DNA from: a virus
Virus record (IMG/VR): IMGVR_UViG_3300005537_000023
Location: 9,233 to 73,232 of that record
Length of the DNA stretch: 64,000 nucleotides
Strand: one strand, 5' to 3'
Below are positions 1 through 8,997 of the stretch, piece by piece. The notes under the pieces are model-generated. The model ran no database searches. It was not told the origin of the DNA and saw only the letters and a program-made list of their open reading frames with translations. Both the position numbers and the translations under genes were made by a program. Numbering within the stretch: position 1 is the first letter of the stretch; every line of letters begins with the position of its first letter.

Positions 1-119
1 CGCCGTGGACGCGGTGTAGAGGAAAATCGGAGTCAACGTCGGCGCGGCTACGGGCAGAGCGTAGAGCAGGATGTTCGTCGGACTCGCATCGCCTTGGCGA
101 AGCTGGATGTCCGTCACGG

Positions 120-602
120 CTACACCGGGATCAGCGTGTTGGCCGTCGCGCCAGTGACGTCAGGCGATCCGGCCTTGTACGCCACGAGGTAGTGCTGGGC
201 GCCGGCGTACGTCGTCGTCAGCTCGTAGTAACCGCCCGTGTCCGACGTGACTTGTCCAACGCACACCTGCGTGGCCGTCACGAAACCGCGCACGATGCAC
301 GATCCGAGGTTGGCGCCGGTGGAGTCCTTAGTGGTGCCGATGATTTTCTTTACCTGCGCGCCGCCGAGAATGTCCTGCTGATCGTTGCCGTAGCGGCTGA
401 CATCGCAGCCGAGTGGCATCGCTGTCCCATCGTTGCCGCCGAAGCGAGAGCGAGGCCACAAGATGCCGTCATCCCAAGGCGACGAGTGCGCGCGCGTGCC
501 AGCGAAGTCCCACTCGTAATCGTGCTGCATCGCGCGGCCATCGGATGCTTGGAGGAGCGAGATGCCAAGGCCCCCGGACGGTTGGCCGGTGAGAGTGCTC
601 AC
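120..602 (-). CDS. Putative virion-associated protein with C-terminal beta-sandwich (carboxypeptidase-regulatory-like) domain
   Basis: KIIGTTKDSTGANLGSCIVRGF...VTSDTGGYYEL...YLVAYKAGSPDVTGAT pattern; coupled to neighbouring ORFs. Confidence 0.55.
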   Translation of the reverse strand: MSTLTGQPSGGLGISLLQASDGRAMQHDYEWDFAGTRAHSSPWDDGILWPRSRFGGNDGTAMPLGCDVSRYGNDQQDILGGAQVKKIIGTTKDSTGANLGSCIVRGFVTATQVCVGQVTSDTGGYYELTTTYAGAQHYLVAYKAGSPDVTGATANTLIPV

Positions 603-814
603 GGGATCGCCACGTCTTTCGCCGGCACAACAACATCCACCATGCGCGGGTCGCGATGATTGCGCACAGCGTCCTTCGCGTTTTCCAGGACAGATAGCGT
701 GTACTCTTTATTGGAGATCGGCCCCTCGATGGACAATGCGCCGTCCTCGCGAATGGTGATGACGTAGCGGGCCTGGATGGCGTCGGTGCCTTTGCGCGAG
801 GCGATTCGTGACAT
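599..814 (-). CDS. Hypothetical protein (71 aa)
   Basis: ATG start, overlaps next gene by GTGA, plausible composition. Confidence 0.6.
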   Translation of the reverse strand: MSRIASRKGTDAIQARYVITIREDGALSIEGPISNKEYTLSVLENAKDAVRNHRDPRMVDVVVPAKDVAIP

Positions 815-826
815 TGCATAGACTCG

Positions 827-1256
827 TTATTCGTCCGCGACTGCGTAGATGTCCAGTTGCGATAAGCAACTCGATCGTCCTGTGGATCATTGCTACGGCG
901 CCCGTCCCGAATCCGCGCGGGAAGGTGAAGATCGCTCCCACCCCGATCGTGGCCGCGCACGAGATGCGGCGGTTGAAGTTGGTAGGCACCGTCGGGCCGG
1001 TTCCCCACGCAACGGCGGCCGTTGTTTGCGCGGCGGGCGCGTTGCCGTCACCCTCGTCCACGAACGTCTGAGGCGACGTCGGCGTGACGCCGATCGCGCC
1101 AGGGCGCCCGATGCCGTAGACGCCAGCGGTCGCCGCGTTCTGCGAAAAACCAATCTCCATCAGCTTCGGCTTGTTGGTGGAGGTCGAGCGCACCTCCCAC
1201 GCCGCGGTTGCCGCCGTGCCTGACGTCGTGCGCTGGGAAAGTGCATAGAGGGCCAT
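827..1256 (-). pseudogene. Small beta-rich virion-like protein disrupted near its 3' end by a micro-inversion/indel
   Basis: Coherent protein to ...FTFPRGF; 856-906 codes VAISNSIVLWIIATAPV on the opposite strand; LDIYAVADE-stop resumes out of frame and ends at 827. Confidence 0.6.
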
Positions 1257-1265
1257 GAATACCTT

Positions 1266-1661
1266 TCACATGGAGATGACGAGCGAGGAGCACGAGACTG
1301 TGACGCCGGACGAAAACGCGGTGGTTGGCACGGTGGCGTCGCACCCGCTTGTGCCCACGGTGCCGTCCTGCACGCCAGTCGTGTCATCTGACTTCACGAG
1401 GCGATACCAGGACGCCGTGCCGGTCAACAGTGCGGCGGCGGACGTGATCGCGTTGGCCGTTTTCGTCCCGCCCGACGCGGCGCCGAAGGCGGTGGACGAG
1501 AGCGCGAGCTTCGCCAACTTGTTCTGCGTGGTGACGGCGACATCGGGTGACGCCGGCTGCGTACCATCATAGATCTCCACAAATCCTGAATTCAGGACAT
1601 TCAGGGCCGCGTCGAGCGCGAGATTCTTGCTGGCTGCGCTGAGGGTGGGGTTGTGGGCCAC
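1266..1661 (-). CDS. Small phage structural/decoration-type protein
   Basis: Ala/Thr/Gly-rich, IYDGTQPASPD...GTASWYR...DGTVGTSG motifs typical of a common small virion protein family. Confidence 0.7.
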   Translation of the reverse strand: MAHNPTLSAASKNLALDAALNVLNSGFVEIYDGTQPASPDVAVTTQNKLAKLALSSTAFGAASGGTKTANAITSAAALLTGTASWYRLVKSDDTTGVQDGTVGTSGCDATVPTTAFSSGVTVSCSSLVISM

Positions 1662-1961
1662 TGGCGCAAGTCAACCACGCTTGCGCCCTGACGTCCAGCC
1701 TCAACCCTTCTCGTCTGGATCCTCGTGCAGTGGAAACGGCGGCACCACGGCGCGCATGGACTGCGACGATCCGCGGCTCCTCGGCGTCTGCGGCAGTGTC
1801 GGCGTTTCGCTGCTCGGCAGCGGCGATGCCCGGATGCCGTCCTCGATGCTCGCGCGGATGGCGAGGATGTTGTCCTCGGGCATGCGCAGTTCTTCGCGGA
1901 ATCTGCGAATCAGGCGTTCGACGTCGGACGAAAGGAGGTCGAGGCTCACCGCGTGATTCTA

Positions 1962-3014
1962 TCACCCATCGGCCTCATCGTCCTCGCCATCCTCTTCCTT
2001 CGCCATCCGCCTCGCCACCAGTTCCTCCATCCTCTTGGCGAACGAGCCGGCCGGCTTCTTCGTTTTACGCTCCCCCGCTTCTATGTGCGGCTGCGCGGAA
2101 TTTCCCTCGGCGTTTTTTCGGGCGTTGCGCTTTTCTTCTTCGATTCGCTCTCGCGCCCTCTTGTCCGCCTCGCGCCGCAGCCGCGTGGCCTCGCGCACGG
2201 ACTCAATGCGCGCCGCAGCCGCTTCAATCTCCGCCTCCGTCCGATCGAGGCGTTGCACGGCGTGATCGGCGTTGGCGATCGCCTTGCGCTGCTCCAACTC
2301 TTGCCGCAGTAGCGCCTCGTGCGCTCGCGCCTCTTCCGCCGCGCGCACGTGCGCCCACCGCGCGCCGGCCTCGCGCCAGGCATCGGCGCTGGACAGGGCG
2401 CGCGCGACGAAGGGGGACACGATCGCCTCGCTGCCGCCGGCCGCCTTCCATTCGCCGTACTTCTCCACGGCTTCCTCGTGGGGCATGACGGCGAGTTTCG
2501 TGGCCAGCCAGGCGAACGAAGAAGGCACCAACGGCGCGCCGGACGCGGCTTCGCGCAGCATGGCGGCGTCCTCGCGCTGCCGGACGTCCGCCTTGATTGC
2601 CTCGATCTCCGCGATGGCGGCCCTATACTCGCGCAACGCCTTGGCGATCGCGTTCGGTGGCACACCGCGAATCATCAATGATTCCACCGACTCGCCTCGT
2701 GTGATGGACTGGGCAACGTCGATCGAATGTGCCAATGCTTGCGCTGCGTTCTTGGCACTCACCATCGCGCGTGTGGCGGCCTCGGTGATCTTGTATACGT
2801 GCACGCCATCCGGACGCTGCCTGAATGCGATTTTACCCTTCATTCCGTGGCGTTTGACTGTGGCTACAGACACGCCGAGGGCTTCCGCGGCGGCCTTCGG
2901 TGGTAGCCATTGAGCGGGTGTCTGATCGCCTAGATCCAACGCGTGCGTTGTGATGGTGGCACCCGCGGCCCCCTTCGGTTGGCACTCGGGCTTGTCCGAG
3001 TCGTGGATCATCAA
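1962..3014 (-). CDS. HTH (MerR/Xis-like) DNA-binding protein with coiled-coil C-terminus; start uncertain
   Basis: WLPPKAAAEALGVSVATVKRHGMKGKI HTH signature; E/R/A-rich heptads. Confidence 0.65.
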   Translation of the reverse strand: MMIHDSDKPECQPKGAAGATITTHALDLGDQTPAQWLPPKAAAEALGVSVATVKRHGMKGKIAFRQRPDGVHVYKITEAATRAMVSAKNAAQALAHSIDVAQSITRGESVESLMIRGVPPNAIAKALREYRAAIAEIEAIKADVRQREDAAMLREAASGAPLVPSSFAWLATKLAVMPHEEAVEKYGEWKAAGGSEAIVSPFVARALSSADAWREAGARWAHVRAAEEARAHEALLRQELEQRKAIANADHAVQRLDRTEAEIEAAAARIESVREATRLRREADKRARERIEEEKRNARKNAEGNSAQPHIEAGERKTKKPAGSFAKRMEELVARRMAKEEDGEDDEADG

Positions 3015-3037
3015 GCGGTCACCCTATCATAAAGGCC

Positions 3038-3106
3038 TTGACGCGTGTGCCACGACCGTGGAAGTATCCACCGCAACCGTGGCACATCGATGTGCCAACA
3101 TAGGAG
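3038..3106 (+). promoter_or_regulatory. Divergent control region with TTGACG, nested inverted repeats and RBS
   Basis: TTGACG 3038-3043; TGTGCCACG 3046-3054 pairs with CGTGGCACA 3078-3086; perfect 18 bp palindrome 3080-3097; AGGAG 3102-3106. Confidence 0.55.
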
Positions 3107-3111
3107 CCCCG

Positions 3112-3795
3112 ATGCCCGATCCCGCCGTCGCCCCCGTGGTCGAAACGCCCGCCCCTGCCCCGGCCAACGGCAAGGCGCCGGCGCCGGCCAAGCCCTCCCT
3201 CGCGGACGTGCTCCGTGGGCTCAGTCCGGCCGATGTCGAGGAAGCGAAGAAGGTTTTCGCCGATCTCGTCGGCGGCGCGGTTCCGAAAGCGGAAGCCAAG
3301 CCCGAGGAAAAGAAACCCGAGGCGGATCCGCACCCGATGCCCGACGGCCTCGTGGCACTGCCCACGAAATCCTTCCAGTGGACGCCCGATTGCTGGCGCG
3401 GCGACACGTACGCGATCAACGGCGAGACGCACTACCGCCCGATCCTCCACGGCGTCTACCTCGCCGCCGACACTCGCCCCGCCGTCCCCGCGCTCATCTT
3501 TGCGTTGTGGGAGCCGCTGCGGGTGATGGATCGGCGCGGCAAGATCGTTGAAGCGGCGCCCGATGGAAGCGTGGTGCTCGTGGACGCAACGCCCTCGCTC
3601 CTCACATTGCTGGACACGGACGTCAGCCAGGGATGCCCTCACGTCGCCGTCCGCCCGACTCGATCCACCGTCTCCACGAGCGGCGCCGAGGTGTGGTTTT
3701 TCGACGTGCAAGTGGAGCCCGATCGCCGCAATCCGCAGTTGCCGAAGCTCTACACGCGGGAAAGCGCCCTCGGAAAGCGAGGGGTGAAGCGATGA
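3112..3795 (+). CDS. Hypothetical protein, Pro/Ala/Lys-rich N-terminus
   Basis: AGGAG RBS then ATG 3112; first gene of the rightward module. Confidence 0.7.
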   Translation: MPDPAVAPVVETPAPAPANGKAPAPAKPSLADVLRGLSPADVEEAKKVFADLVGGAVPKAEAKPEEKKPEADPHPMPDGLVALPTKSFQWTPDCWRGDTYAINGETHYRPILHGVYLAADTRPAVPALIFALWEPLRVMDRRGKIVEAAPDGSVVLVDATPSLLTLLDTDVSQGCPHVAVRPTRSTVSTSGAEVWFFDVQVEPDRRNPQLPKLYTRESALGKRGVKR

Positions 3796-3983
3796 CGGAC
3801 GCACCGAAGCAGCGCCGCGGATTCGCCGTCATGTCGCCGGAGAAGCAGGCGGAGATCGCGAGCAAGGGCGGCAAGGCGGCGCACGCGAAGGGCACCGCGC
3901 ACGAGTTCTCATCCGAGGAGGCGCGCGAGGCCGGACGCAAAGGCGGGATGGCGGCGCGGGCGAAACGGGGAGCGGCGTCGTGA
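3792..3983 (+). CDS. KGG-repeat general stress protein
   Basis: RGFAVMSPEKQAEIASKGGKAAH...HEFSSEEAREAGRKGG. Confidence 0.85.
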   Translation: MTDAPKQRRGFAVMSPEKQAEIASKGGKAAHAKGTAHEFSSEEAREAGRKGGMAARAKRGAAS

Positions 3984-4717
3984 TCCCTCACGGCCTCTAC
4001 CTTCTCACCTTCATCGCCGCTGCCGTCGTCGCGGCTCTCGTCAGCACCGCCCGATTCCTCAGACGCGGCGCGGTGGTGCCGTGGGCAAGCGTGCAACTCC
4101 CAAGCAAGCCATTCGAGGGACGGCCGATTCCGTTGGGCGCTGGGCCGTGCAAGATCCCAGGGAGATCGGGGCCAGACGTCCAGTCGCTAGAGCGTCGAGA
4201 TGGATGCAACGCCATCACCCTGCTCCCAGTTGAGGCCTTCGTCCTGACTGAGATCGGCTTGTACTGTGACAAGCCCAATCGCCTGCACGTCACCAGCGTG
4301 AAGATCGGGCGAATGGAGTTGATCGAGAGCGGCGCCATCGTGGCGGACGCTTTCGGCAAAGGCGGGCCTTCCACGAAGATCGCCGCCGGTGCCACCATCT
4401 ATCCCACCACTGGCATCCGCTTCACCTTCACGAATCCAGACGTCGATCCGGTTGACGTGTCGCCCATGGTCATGGGCAAGCCAGTGGCATGCCCAATCAG
4501 TTCGCCCGGCCTCACCATCGCCGATGACATCGTTGCGATGGCGGGCACGGCTTTGGTGGCTGCGTACGCGCTTCACTCGCCGGGGCACATCCTCTTTGCC
4601 GCCGCCGGCCTCACCGCTGGCCTCGCCCTCGTGCGCGCCGTGGACTTCGCGCGGAAGGCCGTGAATTACAGCCGTTCGCTGGTGGCCAACTGGCGAGCGA
4701 GGAAGAAGAAGGCATGA
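3980..4717 (+). CDS. Membrane-anchored paralog of the candidate capsid protein at 6410
   Basis: Shares RPIPLGAGP, TLLPVEAFV, V.IGRM.L.E.G, GATIYPTTGI.FTFTNP with 6410-6994; N- and C-terminal hydrophobic helices. Confidence 0.75.
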   Translation: MIPHGLYLLTFIAAAVVAALVSTARFLRRGAVVPWASVQLPSKPFEGRPIPLGAGPCKIPGRSGPDVQSLERRDGCNAITLLPVEAFVLTEIGLYCDKPNRLHVTSVKIGRMELIESGAIVADAFGKGGPSTKIAAGATIYPTTGIRFTFTNPDVDPVDVSPMVMGKPVACPISSPGLTIADDIVAMAGTALVAAYALHSPGHILFAAAGLTAGLALVRAVDFARKAVNYSRSLVANWRARKKKA

Positions 4718-5142
4718 CCCGCAAAGACACCTCCAACGGCCGACTCTCCATCGACGAATCGCTGGAGGACTGGATCATCTTCTACGAGGGCGACGTCGCG
4801 AAGATCGGCCGCCTCGTGGGCACGAGCGAGGACGAGTTGCGCGACGAGATGGAGGACGGCACGCCCAGCGTCACCCTCGCGCCCGTCTTCGTCTTCTCGC
4901 GCACCGTCCTGCCGATGCGCACGCCGCAAGGGCAAGTGCTCACGCCCATCCCATCCGCCGATCGCTTGGAGTCCGCGTTCGATCTGGGCGACGGCGATTC
5001 GGAGGTGTACGTACTCCTTTCCGATTTCGAGTTTGCCTCCACGCGCACGCTCGCCTCGCGCCGTCACATCGCCGCGCGCTTGAATGAGGCGCAGCGGATT
5101 CACGCTGGCCAGATCGTTGTGCCGGCTGTGGAGGTGCGGTGA
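4714..5142 (+). CDS. Hypothetical protein
   Basis: ATGA coupling, GC3-biased codons. Confidence 0.65.
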   Translation: MTRKDTSNGRLSIDESLEDWIIFYEGDVAKIGRLVGTSEDELRDEMEDGTPSVTLAPVFVFSRTVLPMRTPQGQVLTPIPSADRLESAFDLGDGDSEVYVLLSDFEFASTRTLASRRHIAARLNEAQRIHAGQIVVPAVEVR

Positions 5143-5420
5143 TGGACGACGTCACCGCGGAGTACATCGCCAAGGTGCAAGAGGCGTTGCGAGGCAAGGG
5201 CGCGCCCGAGGAGATGATCGCGGCGCTGCCTGATCACATTCCCTTCCGCCTTCTTCGCGAGTCTGAGTCATCGGCACTCGATGGCATGTACGTTGTGGCG
5301 CGCGATGACGGCAGCGAGATCATCCGCCTCTCGTGGGCCACGTCGCCCGAGGAAGTGCCGGCGCTCGTTCAAGTGTTCATGCTCGTGATGAAAGCCTTCG
5401 CCCCCTCGCCCTCGCCGTGA
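5139..5420 (+). CDS. Hypothetical protein
   Basis: GGAGG RBS, coupled on both sides. Confidence 0.6.
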   Translation: MMDDVTAEYIAKVQEALRGKGAPEEMIAALPDHIPFRLLRESESSALDGMYVVARDDGSEIIRLSWATSPEEVPALVQVFMLVMKAFAPSPSP

Positions 5421-5698
5421 AGTGCGCGTGTGGCTGCGGCGCCGACGTGCCCCCGCGGCGTAAGTTTTTCGCGACGAAGAAGTGCGGCGATCGTATGCGT
5501 CAGCGGCGGCGATGGGCAAGGCATCACCCAAGTAGCGCCATCACGCGAAGCACAATTTGCCTCGTGTGCAAACACATCGTCATCCGCCACGGCCGAAGCA
5601 AAGCGAGATATCACGAGTGGTGCGCGCCGACTGCAAAGCGGGTGAGGGAAGCCATCAATTCGCTGCGACGTGAGTCCGGCCAGCGTGAGGGTGATTGA
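5417..5698 (+). CDS. Small basic zinc-finger protein
   Basis: CACGCG...KKC and CLVC...HEWC motifs. Confidence 0.55.
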   Translation: MKCACGCGADVPPRRKFFATKKCGDRMRQRRRWARHHPSSAITRSTICLVCKHIVIRHGRSKARYHEWCAPTAKRVREAINSLRRESGQREGD

Positions 5699-5779
5699 CG
5701 GCAAGGCAAACGTAGCGATTCCGAGGACTAAGCGCGAGACTCCACGTTGCGCAACACGCAACCGAGGAGATCGATCCGC

Positions 5780-6352
5780 ATGTACTCGCTCGCCAGCCTC
5801 AACGCCGCTCGCCGCCATCGTCGTCATCACCGCCATCATCACCGCCACAACCGGGCGGAGGCGATGAGTGGATCGAAGCGCGATCAGTTGGCGTACTTCG
5901 CCGGTCAGAAGGGCGTTGGAGGCGCGGTCTCTGGCCTCCTCGGCTACATGGACTCGTACAACGGCGAGCCCACCTTCTTCGCGACGGCGGGTGATCCCAC
6001 GAGCGGCGTCGGCCTCAAGGCGATGGTCGCGATCGCGGGCAACCTCGCGCAGGCCTTCCAAATCTGGACAGGCCGCTTCATGGGCAAGTCCATGGGCGCG
6101 CTCGGCAACGTGATCGACGGCGCGATCGCCGGTACCGCGGACGCGGGCTGGTTCTCGTGGACGTACGTGCAGGGCAACACCTACGGCGCCGCGAAGAAGG
6201 CGTCAGAGTCGCCGCCGCACAAGACGAGCGGTGTCGGCTTCAACTACGACGGCGCCCCCGAGCCTCGCGCGATGGGCGTCGGCACTCCTCGCGATCACGT
6301 CTCGCGCGCTGCGGCTGCGGTGCAGTCGAGCGGACTCGCCGGTTACATCTAG
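5780..6352 (+). CDS. Putative virion membrane/core protein with Arg/His-rich N-terminus
   Basis: GAGGAG RBS; RRHRRHHRHHHRHNR tract; Gly-rich hydrophobic helices; C-terminal SGVGF and MGVGT. Confidence 0.7.
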   Translation: MYSLASLNAARRHRRHHRHHHRHNRAEAMSGSKRDQLAYFAGQKGVGGAVSGLLGYMDSYNGEPTFFATAGDPTSGVGLKAMVAIAGNLAQAFQIWTGRFMGKSMGALGNVIDGAIAGTADAGWFSWTYVQGNTYGAAKKASESPPHKTSGVGFNYDGAPEPRAMGVGTPRDHVSRAAAAVQSSGLAGYI

Positions 6353-6409
6353 CCGGCCACACGGTTTCGCAAACGATTCGCAGAAAGAAGCAACAGGAGA
6401 ATCCACGCC

Positions 6410-6994
6410 ATGATGTCCTTTGGTCGCCGCAATCCCGCTACCGTCGCCGGTACCCCCTACGCTCGCACGGGCAACGTTGCCGTCCGCGGCGCCTTCGCTC
6501 CTCGCTCCGGCGCGGTTGTGGGCTACACGCCCCGTCCGCGTGGCGCGGGAGTCGGCGCGTGCGGCGATGGCAGCACGAATCCGCCCGGCGGCACGCAGGC
6601 GTGGTGCTACAACACGCAGGGCAGCCGCCCGATCCCCCTCGGCGCTGGCCCCGTCGCGATCCCGGCGTTCGCCGCGGGTGCGAGCGGTACCAACAACGTG
6701 ACGTTGCTTCCGGTCGAAGCGTTCGTCATCGAAGACATCGAGGTGACGGACCCGACGGGCCTGCTCTTCGTGTCGAGCGTCCAGATCGGCCGCATGCAGT
6801 TGCTCGAAGGCGGCACGATCTCGACCGACTACTTCCAGTCGGCGTCGACGAAGTGCAAGTTGGCGCAGGGCGCGACGATCTACCCGACCACGGGCATCGT
6901 CTTCACCTTCACCAACCCGACCAACGCGATCGTCAACGTCTCCGTGGTCGTCACCGGAACGCCGGTGCCGTGCCCGCAGGGCGGCTTGAAGTGA
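6410..6994 (+). CDS. Candidate single jelly-roll major capsid protein with basic N-terminal extension
   Basis: AGGAG RBS, strong codon bias, about 8 alternating beta-strands over ~120 aa, N-terminal RPRGAGVGA; fold is inferred. Confidence 0.55.
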   Translation: MMSFGRRNPATVAGTPYARTGNVAVRGAFAPRSGAVVGYTPRPRGAGVGACGDGSTNPPGGTQAWCYNTQGSRPIPLGAGPVAIPAFAAGASGTNNVTLLPVEAFVIEDIEVTDPTGLLFVSSVQIGRMQLLEGGTISTDYFQSASTKCKLAQGATIYPTTGIVFTFTNPTNAIVNVSVVVTGTPVPCPQGGLK

Positions 6995-7024
6995 TTGCCC
7001 CCACGGCAAAGGAATAACTGAGCC

Positions 7025-7354
7025 ATGGGAACCAGCGCAAGCAACCGATTCACGGGTCAGCCGGATGCGTTCTGCACCGGCACCACGTCGGCCGGAAACC
7101 CCTTGGTGGTCACGGCCACGAAGGATGCCCTCTTCACGAGGACGGCGGACGGCATCTACGTCGTCACCACAACGCAGAATTTCGATGCCGCGCACTGCAA
7201 AGTGGACGTGGACGTGGATGCGGCCAACCCCACCGTTCAGGTGGTGCACACCTCGGCGACGGTGAAGACGATCAACGTATTCACTGGCAGCACCGGCGTC
7301 GCGCTCGCGCCTACCCGCATCGCCGTCACGATCAAGAAGTTGCTCTCGCCGTAA
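7025..7354 (+). CDS. Small Thr/Val-rich beta-sandwich structural protein
   Basis: All-beta composition; follows the capsid candidate. Confidence 0.6.
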   Translation: MGTSASNRFTGQPDAFCTGTTSAGNPLVVTATKDALFTRTADGIYVVTTTQNFDAAHCKVDVDVDAANPTVQVVHTSATVKTINVFTGSTGVALAPTRIAVTIKKLLSP

Positions 7355-7381
7355 CCTCTCTCGCCCTGAGGGAGGCGCGCC

Positions 7382-8404
7382 GTGGCGTACGAGCCTACTT
7401 TCGCGATCGACTGTATCGGAAGGGATCCTGGCGCCATGGGCAAAGTGGCGCTTGGAAGGCTCGCGGCCGCTCTCGTGGACATCAACGCGGAGTACATCCG
7501 GACCTACCCCGGAAGCTTCGCGAGTGTCTATGAGAGCGGCTTCGTCATTGGCGAACCGCTTGGCCGTGGCGGCCTGTGCGGCGATCGCCGCTGGCAAGAC
7601 GTCGCCGTGATGAGGGATTCCGGCATCGTCAAGCCGGACGATCTCGTGATGGCGCGCGTCGCCGAGTTGAACGAGGTGGAGAAAATCGCCGCCAAGGTGC
7701 GGGTGTACTCGAACGATGACGGCCTATACGAGTTGCTGGTGGAGTGGCCTGCAACGCTTCCCGTCGGTGCCGTATACCCCGAGAGCGTCTACCCGCACCC
7801 GATCGACGGCGCCCTCGTCGAGTCCCCGTCGGAAGCGATGGGCTCGCGCGAAAAGGCGTCTTTCGTCGCGCCCAAGCGCCCGTATCGGCTGACGATCGCC
7901 GTCGACTGCATCGGCGAGGATCATCCCGAGGCCGTGCGGATGGCCGTGGATCACTGCATGGGATACCTGCTGCACGCGCTGACGGACATCGACGAGATGT
8001 ACCTCCGCGCCTTCCCGGACAAATTCCAGCTGCTGTACCAGTCGTGTGTTGTCTATGATCGCATGAATCCGCCCGCTGGCAGCGCGTGCGGCGACGACGA
8101 CTGGCAAGACATCGTTGTCACCTACGAGAGTTGCAAAGGCGACTGCGAAGACGTGGCGTGCATTCGCGCCGCGGAGGTCAATGTCCACTACAGCATCCCC
8201 GTTGTGCCCATGGTGATGCTGCAACAGAATCTTCAACCTGGCGCGCGCACTCGTCACCTCTACCACGTGATGGACAAGTGGCCCGATGGCCTTGGCAACT
8301 ACCCACCAAGCGTCTTCGCAGATCAGACGGATCAGGGTATGATGATGATGGAGTGCCCCTCAACGGTGTTGGGCATGACCGGAGATGAAGAGGCCGCGCA
8401 ATGA
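7382..8404 (+). CDS. Tandem transglutaminase-like (papain-fold) cysteine protease; domain 1 lacks the catalytic Cys
   Basis: Internal duplication (IDCIG/VDCIG, CGD..WQD, R.AE.N); domain 2 GDCEDVACIRAAE...YHV...ECPSTVLGM. Confidence 0.7.
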   Translation: MAYEPTFAIDCIGRDPGAMGKVALGRLAAALVDINAEYIRTYPGSFASVYESGFVIGEPLGRGGLCGDRRWQDVAVMRDSGIVKPDDLVMARVAELNEVEKIAAKVRVYSNDDGLYELLVEWPATLPVGAVYPESVYPHPIDGALVESPSEAMGSREKASFVAPKRPYRLTIAVDCIGEDHPEAVRMAVDHCMGYLLHALTDIDEMYLRAFPDKFQLLYQSCVVYDRMNPPAGSACGDDDWQDIVVTYESCKGDCEDVACIRAAEVNVHYSIPVVPMVMLQQNLQPGARTRHLYHVMDKWPDGLGNYPPSVFADQTDQGMMMMECPSTVLGMTGDEEAAQ

Positions 8405-8997
8405 CGCTCTGCCCGCTTGCAATCGGAATCGGCGCTGTACTCGGAGGCGTCGCCACGGCGTGGTGGTTCATGTCCGACAAGGGCAAGGGCTCGACGACGG
8501 CGCCGCTCGGCACCCCGTCCAAGCTCGCCGGCCATCTCGTCCCCGCGATCGCCGGCACCTCGCCCGCGCCGCCGCTCCTTGCCCCTACCGCCGGCCTCGC
8601 GTCGATGGACGGCTTCTCGTGGGACTATCAGGTTGGCCCCGGCGATTCCGTGGGAGGCATCACGGAGGCAATCGTTGGCGACGACGGCCGATACCAGGAA
8701 TTGCTCCTCGCAAACCCCGCTCTTCTGACGGTGGGCGAGCCTGGCGTATACCTCGGCGAAAGCGCGTGGGATGCGGCGCCCGGCGCGCTCGACGGGCAGA
8801 CGCTCGCGATCCCGCTTCCGTGGGGCCGCTACATCGATCAATTGGGCAACCCCCGCGGCGGCCGCGAGCCCTTCATCCAGGACGCGCGAGCGCCGATGAC
8901 GCTGCCCGCTCTTCCGCCCGCGCCGCCGGCCGCGTCCACGTCAGGATTCGGCCCCGCGCCGTACGGTGAAATGGTTTCGATGGAGGCCGCAGCATGA
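8401..8997 (+). CDS. Membrane-anchored LysM-domain protein
   Basis: N-terminal TM helix; YQVGPGDSVGGITEAIVGDDGRYQELLLANP...GQTLAIP. Confidence 0.75.
   Translation: MTLCPLAIGIGAVLGGVATAWWFMSDKGKGSTTAPLGTPSKLAGHLVPAIAGTSPAPPLLAPTAGLASMDGFSWDYQVGPGDSVGGITEAIVGDDGRYQELLLANPALLTVGEPGVYLGESAWDAAPGALDGQTLAIPLPWGRYIDQLGNPRGGREPFIQDARAPMTLPALPPAPPAASTSGFGPAPYGEMVSMEAAA

Noticed and set aside
5695-5725. TTGACG promoter upstream of 5780
   Set aside because: No acceptable -10 hexamer at 16-18 nt spacing
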